A DNA stretch of 64,000 nt from Vicinamibacteria bacterium (GCA_964291235.2 OZ219816.1:448001-512000); one strand, 5' to 3'. Counted from the first letter of the stretch, positions 38,775-55,357 are shown. A program made the numbers and translations. The notes: generated by a model not told the origin, from the sequence alone.

Positions 38775-39404
38775 TCAGAACTTGCGGATCTCGACGGTGC
38801 CGCCGCGGGGTCCCGGAACGGCGCCCCGCACCGCCACCAGGTTTTCCCCGGCGTCCACGCGCACGATCCGAAGGTTGCGAACCGTCACCCGTTCCCGTCC
38901 ATGCTGGCCCGGAAGCCGGGTACCCGGCAGCACTCGGGACGGCGTTGCGCACATCCCGATGGCGCCCGGCGCCCGATGGAATTTGGAGCCATGCGATTTC
39001 GGCCCGCCGTGGAAGCCATGGCGTTTCATGACGCCGGCAAAACCCTTGCCCTTGCTGACTCCGGTGATCCGGACCACGTCGTTCGGGGAGAAGACCTCGG
39101 CGCCGAGTCGCGACCCGACGTGCAGGTCTTCACCCGCGTCAGCCTGAAACTCTCGGAGTACCTTGGCGGATGGCGCTCCCGCCGACGCCAAGCGGGTGGC
39201 GAGGGCCCGGTTACGCGCCGGCCGGCTGCCCGGTCCCCGCGATTTCTCGAGGCCAACCTGCACCGCCTCGTATCCGTCGGCCCCGACGGTCTTCTTCTGG
39301 ACGACTACGCAGGGGCCCACCCGGATCAGCGTGACCGGAATCACGCGACCGTCGTCCCCAAAGTGCTGGGCCATCCCCAGCTTCGTGCCCAGCAGCCCGT
39401 TCAT
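38775..39404 (-). CDS. rplC: 50S ribosomal protein L3
   Basis: G.KLGM, DGY.AVQ, SKGKGFAGVMKRH, GAVPG. Confidence 0.98.
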   Translation of the reverse strand: MNGLLGTKLGMAQHFGDDGRVIPVTLIRVGPCVVVQKKTVGADGYEAVQVGLEKSRGPGSRPARNRALATRLASAGAPSAKVLREFQADAGEDLHVGSRLGAEVFSPNDVVRITGVSKGKGFAGVMKRHGFHGGPKSHGSKFHRAPGAIGMCATPSRVLPGTRLPGQHGRERVTVRNLRIVRVDAGENLVAVRGAVPGPRGGTVEIRKF

Positions 39405-39445
39405 CGACCTTCCTCCACGCGTCCTGTTCGCTTGCTTCCCGTTGC

Positions 39446-39778
39446 CTACTTGGCCTGCGGCTCGCCCGCGACCATTGCCTTGATCTCGACGTGAACTCCG
39501 GCCGGGAGATCCAGGCGCGACAGCGCATCCACGGTGGTCGGGGTGGACCCCAGGATGTCGAGCAACCGCTTGTGCGTCCGGAGTTCGAACTGCTCCCGGG
39601 ACTTCTTGTCCACGTGCGGCGAGCGGAGGACGGTGTAGCGGTTCTTCACCGTCGGCAGCGGAATCGGACCGGCCACCGTAGCGCCCGTCCTCTTCGCGGT
39701 CTCCACGATCTCACTCGTGGACTGATCCAGAAGGCGGTGATCGAACGCCTTCAGTCGGATACGGATTTTTTCGTTCAT
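39446..39778 (-). CDS. rpsJ: 30S ribosomal protein S10
   Basis: [34 protein letters not shown]. Confidence 0.99.
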   Translation of the reverse strand: MNEKIRIRLKAFDHRLLDQSTSEIVETAKRTGATVAGPIPLPTVKNRYTVLRSPHVDKKSREQFELRTHKRLLDILGSTPTTVDALSRLDLPAGVHVEIKAMVAGEPQAK

Positions 39779-39816
39779 CTGTTGAAACCCACTTCAGGCG
39801 TTTTCATCCCGCGCGG

Positions 39817-41889
39817 TCAGGCGCTCGCCATGACCTCCGCCATGACGCTTTCGGGAGCTTCTTCGTAAGACCCGAAATGCATCGTGTAGGTCGCCCGCCC
39901 CTGCGTAGCGGAACGGATATCCGTGGCGTAACCAAACATTCCGGCCAGCGGCACCTGCGCTTCCACCACCTGAGCGTTGCCGCGCATGGAGAGGCCGCTG
40001 ATGCGGGCACGCCGCGAATTCAGGTCGCCCATGACTTCTCCGGTGAAGTCATCCGGAGTCACGACCTCCACCTTCATCACCGGCTCGAGAATCACCGGGG
40101 AGCAGCGGCGCAGTGCTTCCTTGACCGCCATGGACCCCGCGATCCGGAACGCGAGCTCCGAACTATCCACGGTGTGGAAGGTGCCGTCATACAGGCGGAC
40201 CGTCACGCCAGTGACGGGATAGCCGGCAAGCGGCCCGGCGGCCATCGCGTCGCGAGCTCCCGCTTCCACCGCCGGAATGAACTCCCGCGGCACGGAGCCG
40301 CCAACGATGTCATTGACGAATTCGAACGGTTCGACGTCATTCGGAGAGACCTCGACCCGCACGTGGCCGTACTGACCCCGGCCGCCGGTCTGCCGGACGT
40401 ACCGTCCTTCGGTCTTCGTGGCCGCCCGGATGGTTTCGCGATAGGCCACGCGGGGCTGTCCCACAACCGCGCCCACCTGGAACTCGCGAAGCAGCCGGTC
40501 CACGAGGATCTCCAGGTGCAATTCGCCCATCCCGCTGATGAGCGTCTGCGCTGTTTCCTGGTCCGTCGTCACCCGGAAGGTGGGGTCTTCGTGGGTCAGC
40601 TTCCCAAGCGCCCCGGCGAGTTTCTCCTGATCGGCCTTCGTCGCCGGCTCGATGACGCGGGAGATGACCGGCTCGGGGAACTCCATCGCCTCGAGGACGA
40701 CGGGAGCGGCGGGAGAGCAGATCGTCTCCCCGGTCCGGGCGTTTCGCAGCCCGACCACCGCCGCGATGTCGCCTGCGTACACCTCGCGGATCTCCTCGCG
40801 CTTGTTGGCGTGAATCTTGAGAAGCCGACCGACGCGTGAGCGCACCGAACGCGTGGAGTTGAGAACGGTGTCGCCCGTCCTCAGGACTCCCGAATAGACC
40901 CGGAAGAACGAGAGCTGACCGACGAACGGGTCGGCCATTACCTTGAAGACGAGCGCCGCAAACGGCGCATCGTCCCTGGCGTCGCGGACGGACGGCGTCG
41001 GGTCCGCGACCGAGGCCATGCCGGTGATCGAGGGCACGTCGGTCGGGGCGGGAAGATAGGCAATCACCGCGTCCAGGAGGGGCTGCACTCCCTTGTTTCG
41101 GAAGGCGGACCCGCACAGGACCGGAACGAGCTGGAGCGAAACGGTGGACCGGCGAAGTGCGGCCGCGCATTCTTCGGGAGTCAGGTCTCCGTTGTGGTCC
41201 CAGGCCTCAAGCGCCGCCATGTCGCATTCGCAGATCTTCTCGATCAGCGCTTCGCGGGCGAGTTGCGCTTCCTCCTCGCGCTCCGGAGCAATCTCGGTTT
41301 CCTCGTAGCGGGCGCCCAGAACATCCCCGTGATACCGGAATTCCTTCATCCGGACGAGGTCCACCACCCCTCCGAAGGCGTCCTCGGCTCCGATGGGAAG
41401 CTGGATTGCGGCCGCGCGGGCACCCAGCCGGTCCTCCATCATGTTGACGACCCGCCCGAAATCCGCGCCCGTCCGATCCATCTTGTTCACGAAGGCGATG
41501 CGGGGCACGCCGTACTTGTCGGCCTGCCGCCAGACCGTCTCCGATTGCGGTTCCACTCCGGCAACCGCACAGAACACGGCTACCGCGCCATCCAGAACCC
41601 GGAGCGACCGCTCCACTTCGGCGGTGAAGTCCACGTGCCCCGGCGTGTCGATGATGTTGACTCGATGGTCCTTCCAGAAACAGGTTGTCGCGGCCGAGGT
41701 GATCGTGATTCCGCGTTCCTGCTCCTGCTCCATCCAATCCATCGTCGCGGTCCCCTCATGAACCTCACCGAGTTTGTAGGTGACGCCGGTGTAGTAGAGG
41801 ATGCGTTCGGTGGTGGTCGTCTTCCCGGCGTCAATGTGCGCCATGATCCCGATGTTCCGGGTGTCGGACAGGGCGACTTTGCGGGGCAT
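39817..41889 (-). CDS. fusA: Elongation factor G
   Basis: [30 protein letters not shown]. Confidence 0.99.
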   Translation of the reverse strand: MPRKVALSDTRNIGIMAHIDAGKTTTTERILYYTGVTYKLGEVHEGTATMDWMEQEQERGITITSAATTCFWKDHRVNIIDTPGHVDFTAEVERSLRVLDGAVAVFCAVAGVEPQSETVWRQADKYGVPRIAFVNKMDRTGADFGRVVNMMEDRLGARAAAIQLPIGAEDAFGGVVDLVRMKEFRYHGDVLGARYEETEIAPEREEEAQLAREALIEKICECDMAALEAWDHNGDLTPEECAAALRRSTVSLQLVPVLCGSAFRNKGVQPLLDAVIAYLPAPTDVPSITGMASVADPTPSVRDARDDAPFAALVFKVMADPFVGQLSFFRVYSGVLRTGDTVLNSTRSVRSRVGRLLKIHANKREEIREVYAGDIAAVVGLRNARTGETICSPAAPVVLEAMEFPEPVISRVIEPATKADQEKLAGALGKLTHEDPTFRVTTDQETAQTLISGMGELHLEILVDRLLREFQVGAVVGQPRVAYRETIRAATKTEGRYVRQTGGRGQYGHVRVEVSPNDVEPFEFVNDIVGGSVPREFIPAVEAGARDAMAAGPLAGYPVTGVTVRLYDGTFHTVDSSELAFRIAGSMAVKEALRRCSPVILEPVMKVEVVTPDDFTGEVMGDLNSRRARISGLSMRGNAQVVEAQVPLAGMFGYATDIRSATQGRATYTMHFGSYEEAPESVMAEVMASA

Positions 41890-42153
41890 TTTGACTGGAG
41901 GGCGGAGTGTTGAACGATGAGTTGGTCAGATAGGAGATGGAGGGAAGAGAGTCTGGAGTGCCTGCGGTTCGCCTGGTGACCAATCGGGAATCGGTCGAGG
42001 GCGGCCCAACGCACGACCCGGACCCAGCAGGACAGAGCCTGCGGGTGGGATTCGTGATGGCTTCCTTAATGGCGGTTCCTCCGGATGTTGTGCTTCGAAT
42101 CGTTGAATTTCGTTCGAATCTCTGTTTTCTCGCGGCGTGCTCTGAGCCGGTGA

Positions 42154-42624
42154 CTACCAGCGGTGGTGGGCGAAGGCCTTGTTCGCCTCCGCCATCTTGT
42201 GGGTGTCTTCCCGCTTCTTGATGGCGCCACCCCGGCTCTGGGAAGCATCGAGCAGTTCGCCCGCCAGCTTCTCCGCCATCGTCTTTTCGGGCCGTTTCCG
42301 CGCGTAGCCGACGATCCAGCGAAGCGACAGCGAAGTCCGCCTCTCGGGGCGGACTTCATACGGCACCTGGACATTGGCGCCGCCCTTTCGGCGACTTTTC
42401 ACCTCGAGGGTCGGTTTGACGTTCTGAACGGCCTCCCGGAAGGTCGTGAGCGGTTCACCGCCCGTCTTCTCCCGGATGCGATCGAAAGCCCCATAGACAA
42501 TCGATTCGGCCGTGGACTTCTTTCCGTCGAGCATCACCTTGTTGATGAACGAGGAGACCAGAACGCTCTGGTAGCGAGCGTCCGCGGCGGGTTGCCGCTT
42601 CGGCACATCACGGCGTCTGGACAT
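42154..42624 (-). CDS. rpsG: 30S ribosomal protein S7
   Basis: [31 protein letters not shown]. Confidence 0.99.
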   Translation of the reverse strand: MSRRRDVPKRQPAADARYQSVLVSSFINKVMLDGKKSTAESIVYGAFDRIREKTGGEPLTTFREAVQNVKPTLEVKSRRKGGANVQVPYEVRPERRTSLSLRWIVGYARKRPEKTMAEKLAGELLDASQSRGGAIKKREDTHKMAEANKAFAHHRW

Positions 42625-42672
42625 GCTGTCGTGCTCCGGATCCGTCTCTTCTCTGAGGCTTGGCTCTAAGGG

Positions 42673-43047
42673 TCAACTCTTCGGCCGCTTGGTTCCGTAC
42701 TTGGATCGGCCGTTCTTGCGTCCATCCACTCCGGTGGCGTCGAGAGCCCCCCGGATGACGTGGTATCGCACGCCCGGGAGATCCTTCACCCGCCCGCCGC
42801 GCAGAAGCACGATGGAGTGTTCCTGCAGGGAGTGCCCCACGCCCGGGATGTAGGTCGTGACCTCGATCCCGTTCGTGAGCCGCACCCGAGCAACCTTCCT
42901 CAAGGCCGAGTTCGGCTTCTTGGGGTTGATCGTAAAGACCCGAACGCATACTCCCCGCCGCTGCGGACACTGTTGAAGCGCCGGAGAGTCGGTGGCCGGG
43001 GCCATCCGCTTCCGCCCACGGCGGACAAGCTGATGAATGGTAGGCAT
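42673..43047 (-). CDS. rpsL: 30S ribosomal protein S12
   Basis: [22 protein letters not shown]. Confidence 0.99.
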   Translation of the reverse strand: MPTIHQLVRRGRKRMAPATDSPALQQCPQRRGVCVRVFTINPKKPNSALRKVARVRLTNGIEVTTYIPGVGHSLQEHSIVLLRGGRVKDLPGVRYHVIRGALDATGVDGRKNGRSKYGTKRPKS

Positions 43048-43219
43048 GGGGAATTCGATCCGAATCAGGAAATGCTGGCCCCTCGCGGGGAAAGGGAAAC
43101 TGGACGTACACCGCCCACCCGTCAGGGCTCGAAATTACGATCGGCGGCCGTCTCCGAGAGGAAGACGCTGACATCCACAACGCTCGAAAAATGCGTATCA
43201 GGCGTGCGGCGGACGAAGG

Positions 43220-43249
43220 ATTTTACGCCCTGGAGCGACCGACTGTCAA
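43220..43249 (-). promoter_or_regulatory. sigma70-type promoter for the str/S10/spc/alpha cluster
   Basis: Minus strand TTGACA (43249-43244), 18-nt spacer, TAAAAT (43225-43220); about 170 nt upstream of rpsL. Confidence 0.8.
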
Positions 43250-43389
43250 ATGACGAACGGCGCCCCAAAGCCCCGGGATCGCCCGCTCCGGAAGCGCCGG
43301 AAACGCAACTCGGCGCGGAGGTTTGGCCCCGACGCGCCGGCGTTCTCGCGACTCCCCCCGACAGGATCCCCCGGCGGCGTTCACAGAGG

Positions 43390-47730
<4,341 letters not shown>

Positions 47731-47762
47731 TTCGTCCCTCTCGATTGCTGGCTACTGGCCGA

Positions 47763-50700
47763 TCAGTTCTTGGCTCGGATCAGCTCGATGTCGAGCCCAA
47801 GGCTCTGGATTTCCGCCATCAGCACCTTGAAAGATGCCGGCACTTCAGGCGAATAGCTCGTATCACCCTTCACAATGGACTCGTAGACCTTGGCCCGTCC
47901 CCGAACGTCGTCCGACTTCACGGTCAGGATTTCCTGGAGAGTGTGGGCGGCGCCGTAAGCCTCGATCGCCCACACCTCCATTTCACCAAACCGCTGGCCA
48001 CCGAACTGCGCTTTGCCGCCAAGAGGCTGCTGCGTAATCAGACTGTAGGGCCCGATGCTGCGAGCGTGCATCTTGTCGTCCACGAGGTGCCCGAGCTTGA
48101 GCATGTAGATGAAGCCACAAGTCACCGGTTGCTCAAACGGCCTCCCGGTCCGCCCGTCGTAGAGAACGGTCTTGCCATCCTCGAGAACGTTCGCTCGCAG
48201 ACCGTCCTGCTTTTTCGCCATGTCGTTCGCTTCATCGAGGAGTTTGCGAATGTCGCTCTCCCGAGCGCCGTCGAAGACCGGCGTGGCGAAGTGGCGATCG
48301 AGCATGCGGGCCGCCCAGCCAAGATGGGTCTCGAGAACCTGCCCGATGTTCATGCGCGATGGGACACCGAGCGGATTCAGGATGATGTCCACCGGTGTGC
48401 CGTCCGGAAGGAACGGCATGTCCTCCAAGGGCACGATCTTGGCGATGACGCCCTTGTTGCCGTGCCGGCCAGCCATCTTGTCGCCCACGCTCAGCTTTCG
48501 CTTCATCGCGACGTACACCTTGACCATCTTGATGACGCCCGGAGGGAGATCGTCTCCCTGGCTCACCACCGCCTGCTGTTCGTCGCGACGAACGGAGAGG
48601 AGGTCCAACTGTTCTTCCGTTTTCTCCTGGATCTCCTGAATCTCATCCCGGACATCGTCAGGGAGGTCGGTCTCGAGCAGGGGAACGAAGTCCAGCCGCT
48701 TCAGTAGCTCCTTCCGCGTGAGCCGGGTGCCCTTCGTGAGTTCGACTTCTCCGGTAGCCGGATTCATGCAGTCTTCCACGAGGTGGGCGCCAACCATCCG
48801 GTCCACGATGCGTTTGTCGCACTCCTCGCGGAGAATGCGCTCTTCATCGCGGTAGTCGCGGTCGATGGCCTCTATGTCATCCGACTGGATGGCCAGCGCC
48901 CGGTCGTCTCGGTCGGCGTCCTTCCGGTGGAACACTCGCACGTCAACGACGACACCTTCGACGCCGGACGGGCACTTGAGCGAGGAGTTCTTGACGTCTC
49001 CCGCCTTGTCTCCGAATATGGCGCGGAGCAGCTTTTCCTCGGGGGTGAGCTGAGCCTCGGCCTTGGGAGTAACGCGCCCGACGAGGATGTCGCCGGGACT
49101 CACTCTCGCGCCGATGCTCACGATGCCGGATTCGTCGAGATTTCTCAGGAAGCTCTCGGCGACGCCGGGCACTTCGCGGGTGATGGACTCGGGGCCCAGC
49201 TTGGTGTCCCGCGCCTGCACGGTGTGCTCTTCGATGTGGATCGAGGTGTAGCTGTCGTCCTGGACCAGCCGCTCCGAAACGATGATCGCGTCCTCGAAGT
49301 TGTAGCCACGCCACGGCATGAAGGAAACCAGGACGTTGCGGCCAAGCGCCAGCTCGCCTCCGTCGGTGCACGGACCGTCGGCGATGATCTGCCCCCTCGC
49401 CACCGGCTCGCCGACTCCCACCAGAGGCTTTTGGTTGATGGACGTGTTCTGGTTGGAGCGACGGAATTTCTTCAGCCGGTAGATGCTCGCGCCGATCTCG
49501 GTCTCGCCGGGGATGTCGCTTTCCTTGCGAACGATGATGCGGCGTCCGTCCACTCGGTCCACGACGCCGTTCTCCCGGCACACGATGACCGATCCGGAAT
49601 CCCGCGCCGTCACGAATTCCATTCCCGTACCGACCAGTGGCGCTTCCGCGGTAATCAGCGGCACTGCCTGACGCTGCATGTTGGATCCCATCAGGGCCCG
49701 GTTGGCGTCGTCGTTCTCCAGGAACGGGACGAGCGATGCCGCCACCGAAACGATCTGCTTGGGAGACACGTCGATGAAATCGACGTTTTCTCTCGGTGCG
49801 GGAACGAACTCGCCCTCGTGCCGGCAGTTGACCCGGGAGTCGAGAAGCTCTCCGTCGTCTCCTACCCGGGCGTTCGCCTGAGCGATCGTATGGCGCTCTT
49901 CCTCAAGCGCCGAAAGATAGAACGCGTGGGGAATCAGCTTGGCGGGTTTCCGGCGGCGACCAAGTTTCCGGTTTGCCGCTTCGGCATCCGTCTTGAGCAC
50001 CACCGCATCATGCTCGAGCTTGGTGTCTCCAGGGTCGTCAACGCGCACGTAGTCCACGACCCGGCCATCCGCGACCTTCCGGTAAGGACTCTGGATGAAG
50101 CCGTAGTTGTCGATCGTTGCGTAGCACGAAAGCGAACTGATGAGGCCGATGTTCGGGCCCTCCGGGGTCTCGATCGGGCAGATCCGTCCGTAGTGCGTCG
50201 CGTGCACGTCCCGCACATCGAATTTGGCGCGGTCGCGGGAGAGTCCCCCGGGGCCCAGGGCGGACAGACGGCGCTTGTGCGTGACCTCGGAAAGAGGATT
50301 CGTCTGCTCCATGAACTGCGAGAGCTGCGAAGCTCCAAAGAACTCGCGCACCGCGGCAGTTACCGGCTTCGCGTTGATCAGGTCCCGCGGCATGGCCGTC
50401 GTCATTTCCTGATACACGTTCATCTTCTCTCGAATGGCCCGCTCCATCCGGACCAGACCCAGGCGGAACTGGTTCTCGAGGAGTTCGCCGACGGAACGGA
50501 CCCGGCGGTTGCCGAGGTGATCGATGTCGTCGGCCCGGTAGCTGCTCTCGCCACGCGTGAGGCGAAGCAGATAATCGAGAACGAGAACGAAATCCTCTTC
50601 CGCGAGAATCGTTCGGTTCGGGTCCATCTCCCGCTCGAGCTTGGTCGCCAGCTTGCGGCGCCCGACCCGGGAAAAATCGTACTTCTGTTCGTTGAAGAAC

Positions 50701-51986
50701 AGGTTGTGCAGCAGGTTTCGGGAACTCTCGACCGTCGGCTGGTCACCGGGACGCTGCCGGCGATAGAGCTCCACGAGGGCACCGTCCACACTCTCGGCAT
50801 TCGGCGCGTCCGTGCCGCGCTGCCGGGTAAGCGGATCCTTGTCGAGCGTATCGGCCAGGACCGAGCCCACCGGGTCGGCGCCGGGGAGAAGGATCCGGAT
50901 CGGACCGATGTCTCCGAGTTCATCGACCAGTTCCGGCGTCAACCGGGTGTTGGCCGGCACTTCCTCGCCGGTGTCCGGGATCGTCACCGCGGTAGCGAGC
51001 CGAAAACCGCCGAGAGCCTCGAGGTGGAACTCAAGGGCTTCGCGGTTCTGCCGCGTCAGTCTCCTGATGTCGCCGCGGCTGATCCGCTTGCCACCTTCGA
51101 TGACGACTTCCCCGCCCGATTCGATGTCCCGCTCGATGCGTTCGTCCAGGAGCATTTCCTTCAGGACATCGGTAAGCGGAAGGCGGACGCGGGTGCCGTC
51201 CAGCGTCGCCTCGTGCACCCGGTAGAACCGGGCCAGGATGGACTCCGTTTTCCCGAACCCGAGGGCCCGCAAGAAGATCGTCGCGGGGAACCGCTTCTTC
51301 CGGTCGATGCGAACCTGCAGCAGGCCTCTGGCGTCGGTTTCGAATTCGAGCCAGGAACCGCGATACGGAACAACCTGGGCCAGGAAACACCCGCGCTCCG
51401 CCTCGTGGAAGAAAACTCCGGGGGAGCGATGCAACTGCGAGACGACGACGCGCTCGGTCCCGTTGATGATGAAGGTTCCGTTTTCGGTCATCAACGGGAT
51501 GTCGCCGAAGAAGACCTCTTCTTCCTTGATGTCGTGGATGGACCGCTGGTTGGTCTCCGGGTCCCGGTCCCAAACCGTGAGCCGGATCTTCACCTTCAGT
51601 GGTACGGCAAATGTCTTGCCGCGCTGCTGGCACTGCTCGACGTCGTGCTCCACCTTGAGGTGGACGCGATCTCCGCAGTAGTTGCAGACGGATCCGTTCC
51701 GAGTGTGCTCGATGCCCTCGAGTTCACCGCAACTGCAGGCCCACCGGCCCACCGAATACTCGAGGAAGTCGAGTTCGCAGTTGTCGCGGAAGTCCTTGAT
51801 CGGGAAGATCGAGCGGAATACCGCCTGGAGGCCGATCTCCTCGCGATCCTGCGGCTGCAGATCCTTCTGAAGGAAGCGATCGTACGACCGGTGCTGTACC
51901 TCAATGAGTTTGGGCAGAGGGATCGACGCACGGATGCGGGAGAAGTCGTGCCGCGTTTTCTTCGGAGTGATTTCAGCGGTCAGCAT
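47763..51986 (-). CDS. rpoB: RNA polymerase subunit beta
   Basis: [40 protein letters not shown]. Confidence 0.99.
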   Translation of the reverse strand: MLTAEITPKKTRHDFSRIRASIPLPKLIEVQHRSYDRFLQKDLQPQDREEIGLQAVFRSIFPIKDFRDNCELDFLEYSVGRWACSCGELEGIEHTRNGSVCNYCGDRVHLKVEHDVEQCQQRGKTFAVPLKVKIRLTVWDRDPETNQRSIHDIKEEEVFFGDIPLMTENGTFIINGTERVVVSQLHRSPGVFFHEAERGCFLAQVVPYRGSWLEFETDARGLLQVRIDRKKRFPATIFLRALGFGKTESILARFYRVHEATLDGTRVRLPLTDVLKEMLLDERIERDIESGGEVVIEGGKRISRGDIRRLTRQNREALEFHLEALGGFRLATAVTIPDTGEEVPANTRLTPELVDELGDIGPIRILLPGADPVGSVLADTLDKDPLTRQRGTDAPNAESVDGALVELYRRQRPGDQPTVESSRNLLHNLFFNEQKYDFSRVGRRKLATKLEREMDPNRTILAEEDFVLVLDYLLRLTRGESSYRADDIDHLGNRRVRSVGELLENQFRLGLVRMERAIREKMNVYQEMTTAMPRDLINAKPVTAAVREFFGASQLSQFMEQTNPLSEVTHKRRLSALGPGGLSRDRAKFDVRDVHATHYGRICPIETPEGPNIGLISSLSCYATIDNYGFIQSPYRKVADGRVVDYVRVDDPGDTKLEHDAVVLKTDAEAANRKLGRRRKPAKLIPHAFYLSALEEERHTIAQANARVGDDGELLDSRVNCRHEGEFVPAPRENVDFIDVSPKQIVSVAASLVPFLENDDANRALMGSNMQRQAVPLITAEAPLVGTGMEFVTARDSGSVIVCRENGVVDRVDGRRIIVRKESDIPGETEIGASIYRLKKFRRSNQNTSINQKPLVGVGEPVARGQIIADGPCTDGGELALGRNVLVSFMPWRGYNFEDAIIVSERLVQDDSYTSIHIEEHTVQARDTKLGPESITREVPGVAESFLRNLDESGIVSIGARVSPGDILVGRVTPKAEAQLTPEEKLLRAIFGDKAGDVKNSSLKCPSGVEGVVVDVRVFHRKDADRDDRALAIQSDDIEAIDRDYRDEERILREECDKRIVDRMVGAHLVEDCMNPATGEVELTKGTRLTRKELLKRLDFVPLLETDLPDDVRDEIQEIQEKTEEQLDLLSVRRDEQQAVVSQGDDLPPGVIKMVKVYVAMKRKLSVGDKMAGRHGNKGVIAKIVPLEDMPFLPDGTPVDIILNPLGVPSRMNIGQVLETHLGWAARMLDRHFATPVFDGARESDIRKLLDEANDMAKKQDGLRANVLEDGKTVLYDGRTGRPFEQPVTCGFIYMLKLGHLVDDKMHARSIGPYSLITQQPLGGKAQFGGQRFGEMEVWAIEAYGAAHTLQEILTVKSDDVRGRAKVYESIVKGDTSYSPEVPASFKVLMAEIQSLGLDIELIRAKN

Positions 51987-52175
51987 GAGGACGGCCTGTT
52001 CGCGTAACTACACGACACCCGACGGTGCCCGAGGCAGCCGAAAGACGCCTCGAGGGATCGGGAGATAGTCCGGGCAGCCGCTGCCCCGCTGGCCGATGGC
52101 AGTCCTCCGCCATCGGGGAAACGGGAAACGCGGCGAAACCGGGGGAAAAGAGTTGGCAATGGAGACGCACCCGAT

Positions 52176-52565
52176 CTACTTGATTTCGATCGTTGCGCCG
52201 ACCTCCTTGAAGCGGTCCTGGATCTGCTTGGCTTCCTCTATCGGAACGCCTTCCTTGACCGCCTTCGGAGCCTCTTCCACAAGCGTCTTCGCCTCTCGGA
52301 GACCGAGACTCGTCAACTCCCGAACGGCCTTGATGACCTGAACCCGATTGGGGCCGGTCTCCGTGAGGACCGCATCGAACTCCGTCTGCTCCTCGACTGG
52401 CGCTGCTTCGCCGCCGCCGGCCGCGACTGCCATTGGCATAGCGGCCGCGGCGGAAACTCCGAGCTCATCTTCAAGCGTCTTGACGAGTTCGGAGAGCTCC
52501 AACACGGTCAGCTCCTTGATGTGGTTGACAACATCCTGCTGGGTGATTGTCGACATGGTGGGCAT
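52176..52565 (-). CDS. rplL: 50S ribosomal protein L7/L12
   Basis: [13 protein letters not shown]...GVSAAA, EEQTEFD, LGL.EAK.LVE; start may be ATG 52556. Confidence 0.98.
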   Translation of the reverse strand: MPTMSTITQQDVVNHIKELTVLELSELVKTLEDELGVSAAAAMPMAVAAGGGEAAPVEEQTEFDAVLTETGPNRVQVIKAVRELTSLGLREAKTLVEEAPKAVKEGVPIEEAKQIQDRFKEVGATIEIK

Positions 52566-52664
52566 CTACTCCTTACGCCTTGATCCAATTCGGCGAATAC
52601 ATTGGGGACGAGAAATCGGCATCGACGAAGCGTCGATCCAGATCAAATGAACTCCGGGGGGCCA

Positions 52665-53198
52665 CTAACCGGCTCCCCCGTCTTCGGCAGCCTTTTGTTC
52701 GGCCGCCTTGAGCACGAGCACAAGCTTGCGGGGAACGCCCTCGAGGACGTTCATGAGGTTCCGGATCGGCGCCGCAATGACCGCCACGAGCTGGCCCCGA
52801 AGAACCTCCTGACCCGGAAGCTTCGCCAGTGCTTCGAACTGCTGGGGATCAACCCTCTGCTCGGAAACGACGCCACCCTTGTACTCGAAGGCGGCGAACT
52901 CCTTCGTCCCTTCGTGGAGCGCCTTGGCCAGAGCCACCGGGTCTTCTTCACACCAGGCGAGTCCGGTCATTCCCGCCAACTGTTCGTCCAATCCGGCAAT
53001 GCCGGCCTCCTCGAAGGCCCACTTCGCCGTACTGTTCTTTACGACGCGGTACTTGCCGCCAGCTTCCCGGACCCGGCGGCGAAGATCCGTGATGTCGGCC
53101 ACGGAAAGGCCCCGGTAGTCAAAGGAGAACACTGCTGTCTGGGATTTGAGTAGTGCGGCGAGCGACGTGGCCGCTTCCCGCTTCTCCATGCGTTGCAT
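52665..53198 (-). CDS. rplJ: 50S ribosomal protein L10
   Basis: DYRGLSV...T.LR, VVKN, LAKLP. Confidence 0.96.
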   Translation of the reverse strand: MQRMEKREAATSLAALLKSQTAVFSFDYRGLSVADITDLRRRVREAGGKYRVVKNSTAKWAFEEAGIAGLDEQLAGMTGLAWCEEDPVALAKALHEGTKEFAAFEYKGGVVSEQRVDPQQFEALAKLPGQEVLRGQLVAVIAAPIRNLMNVLEGVPRKLVLVLKAAEQKAAEDGGAG

Positions 53199-53237
53199 CG
53201 TTTCGACCCTTTCTCGAATCTCCGGCTGCCTTGCGAC

Positions 53238-53927
53238 CTACTTGGCGCCGACCAGCGACGGATTGAGGCGGAGGCCCGGGCCCATGGTCGAGCTGATCGC
53301 GACACTCCGGATGTAGCGCCCCTTGGCCGCCGCCGGCCTCGACCGCACTACGGAGGAGACGAAGGCCAGCGTGTTCTCCACCAACCGCTCCTCCGAAAAG
53401 GAGAGCTTCCCTACCGGGGCGTGAATGTTGGAGGTCTTATCCACCCGATAGTCAACTTTGCCGGCCTTGATTTCCTTGACCGCCCGCTCCACGTCGAAGG
53501 TGACGGTCCCTGATTTCGGGTTGGGCATCAGGCCGCGCGGCCCCAGAATCCGTCCGAGCTTGCCGACCGACCGCATCATGTCCGGCGTCGCCACCACTGC
53601 TTCGAAGTCGAGGAACCCTTTCTGGATGCGGGCCACCATGTCGTCTCCGCCCACCTCGTCGGCGCCCGCTTCCTCGGCTTCCTTCGCCTTTTCGCCGGCG
53701 GCGATGACCACCACGCGGCGTGAGATACCGAGCCCGTGAGGAAGAACCACGGAACCGCGAACCATCTGATCGGCGTGCCTCGGGTCCACTCCGAGCCGCA
53801 TGGCGATTTCGGCCGTTTCGTCAAAGGACGCAAAGCTCGCGCCCTTGAGGGAGGCAAAGGCCTCTTGGAGCGTCTCCGGATTTGCATCCGCGATAGCCGT
53901 CTTCGCCGCTTTGAACTTCTTTCCCAT
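53238..53927 (-). CDS. rplA: 50S ribosomal protein L1
   Basis: [40 protein letters not shown]. Confidence 0.98.
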   Translation of the reverse strand: MGKKFKAAKTAIADANPETLQEAFASLKGASFASFDETAEIAMRLGVDPRHADQMVRGSVVLPHGLGISRRVVVIAAGEKAKEAEEAGADEVGGDDMVARIQKGFLDFEAVVATPDMMRSVGKLGRILGPRGLMPNPKSGTVTFDVERAVKEIKAGKVDYRVDKTSNIHAPVGKLSFSEERLVENTLAFVSSVVRSRPAAAKGRYIRSVAISSTMGPGLRLNPSLVGAK

Positions 53928-53968
53928 AATCAGTGTCACGATCCTGGTTGCCGTTTGTGAACCTCTAG

Positions 53969-54055
53969 CAGCCTGTGGCGTGCGTCACCCGGAGTGACAC
54001 CGCCATGGGTGTCGTTCGGGTTGGCGGCCATGCGGAGTGCTTCTTCCACGGTCTG
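53969..54055. repeat. 87-bp short member of the rpsK element family (or an L1-binding leader) between rplK and rplA
   Basis: Minus strand: rplK TGA|CAGACCGTGGAAGAAGCACTCCGCA ... CCACAGGCTG|CTAG; both ends match those of the rpsK element. Confidence 0.6.
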
Positions 54056-54475
54056 TCAGTCGACCTCGATCCCCATGCTGCGGGCCGTGCCTTCGACGAT
54101 GCGCCGCGCGCCCTCGATGTCCACCGCGTTGAGATCCTGCATCTTGATCTGGGCGATTTCCTCAACCTGACTGACGGACACTTTGCCCACCCGCATTCGG
54201 TTCGGCTCGCCGGACCCCTTCGCAATTCCCGCTGCCCGCTTGAGGAGGACGGCGGCAGGCGGAGTCTTGGTGATGAAGCTGAAGGAACGGTCCTGATACA
54301 CCGTGACGACACACGGAATGATCATTCCGGGGTCGCTCGCCGTCTTGGCGTTGAAGGACTTGCAAAAGTCCATGATGTTGATCCCGTGCTGCCCGAGCGC
54401 GGGACCGACCGGCGGGGCCGGCGTTGCCTTCCCCGCGGGCAACTGGATCTTCGCAACCGCAAGAACTTTCTTCAT
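54056..54475 (-). CDS. rplK: 50S ribosomal protein L11
   Basis: [34 protein letters not shown]. Confidence 0.99.
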   Translation of the reverse strand: MKKVLAVAKIQLPAGKATPAPPVGPALGQHGINIMDFCKSFNAKTASDPGMIIPCVVTVYQDRSFSFITKTPPAAVLLKRAAGIAKGSGEPNRMRVGKVSVSQVEEIAQIKMQDLNAVDIEGARRIVEGTARSMGIEVD

Positions 54476-54497
54476 CGCAAACCTCTCCGGCGGACGC

Positions 54498-55025
54498 TCA
54501 GATTTTTTCCACTTCGAGGAACTCCAGTTCCACGGGGGTAGAGCGTCCGAAGATCGTGACCATGACCTTCACCTTGTTGCGATCCGGCTGGACCTCATCC
54601 ACAACACCCTGAAAGCCATTGAAGGGGCCGTGAATGATGCGCACGGATTCGCCTGTCTGAAAGGTGTGCCTCAGTTTCGGCGCCTGCGTCGCATCGTCCA
54701 TCTGCTCCCGAATGCGGAGCACTTCGTCGTCCGGCATGGGCTGCGGCTTGTGTGGCGGCACGAATCCCATCACCTTGTCGGTGTTCTTGACGACCTGCCA
54801 GGTATCCGCGTTCATTTCCATGTTGACCAGCACGTATCCCGGATAGACCTGTTTCGTCGTCACCACGCGGCGCCCACCGCGCATTTCGACGACCTTTTCC
54901 GTGGGGATCAGGATTTCTCCGATCTGCTCGCCGAGCCCATACGCGTTCGCTCGGTGGCGCAGGGCCTCCTTCACGCTCTCCTCGAACTTGGAGTGCGTCG
55001 AGACGATGAACCACTCTCTGGCCAT
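54498..55025 (-). CDS. nusG: Transcription termination/antitermination factor NusG
   Basis: [31 protein letters not shown]. Confidence 0.97.
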   Translation of the reverse strand: MAREWFIVSTHSKFEESVKEALRHRANAYGLGEQIGEILIPTEKVVEMRGGRRVVTTKQVYPGYVLVNMEMNADTWQVVKNTDKVMGFVPPHKPQPMPDDEVLRIREQMDDATQAPKLRHTFQTGESVRIIHGPFNGFQGVVDEVQPDRNKVKVMVTIFGRSTPVELEFLEVEKI

Positions 55026-55029
55026 GGAA

Positions 55030-55239
55030 CTATCCAATCAGGTTCGTGATGAAAGCGGAGATGTACGACATGACCACGTCGAGGCCATACAGGTAAAACC
55101 CGAAAAAGAAGACCGTGATCAGCACGATGATCGTCGTGCCTCGCACCTCATCCCTGGTCGGCCAGGTGACCTTGTCCAGTTCGCCGCGGACTTCCCCGAG
55201 GAAAGAGCGGGCCGTGCCAAATCGTTCGAGAACGCTCAA
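55030..55239 (-). CDS. secE: Preprotein translocase subunit SecE
   Basis: EV..EL.KVTWP.R plus one TM helix; TTG start inferred. Confidence 0.92.
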   Translation of the reverse strand: MSVLERFGTARSFLGEVRGELDKVTWPTRDEVRGTTIIVLITVFFFGFYLYGLDVVMSYISAFITNLIG

Positions 55240-55281
55240 AGCCGGGGTCTCCCGCTCGTGCCGCACCGGGGAACATGGGGA

Positions 55282-55357
55282 TGGCAGGCCAGGAGGGGAT
55301 CGAACCCCCAACCCCCGGTTTTGGAGACCGGTGCTCTGCCGATTGAGCTACTGGCCT
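55282..55357 (-). tRNA. tRNA-Trp (CCA)
   Basis: AGGCCAGTAGCTCAATCGGCAGAGCACCGGTCTCCAAAACCGG...GGTTCGATCCCCTCCTGGCCTGCCA; 76 nt. Confidence 0.97.

Noticed and set aside
42673-43047. Streptomycin-resistance changes in S12
   Set aside because: The PKKPNS and RVKDLPG motifs are intact
53199-53237. L10 leader before rplJ
   Set aside because: The spacer is only 39 nt, too short for the known leader structure
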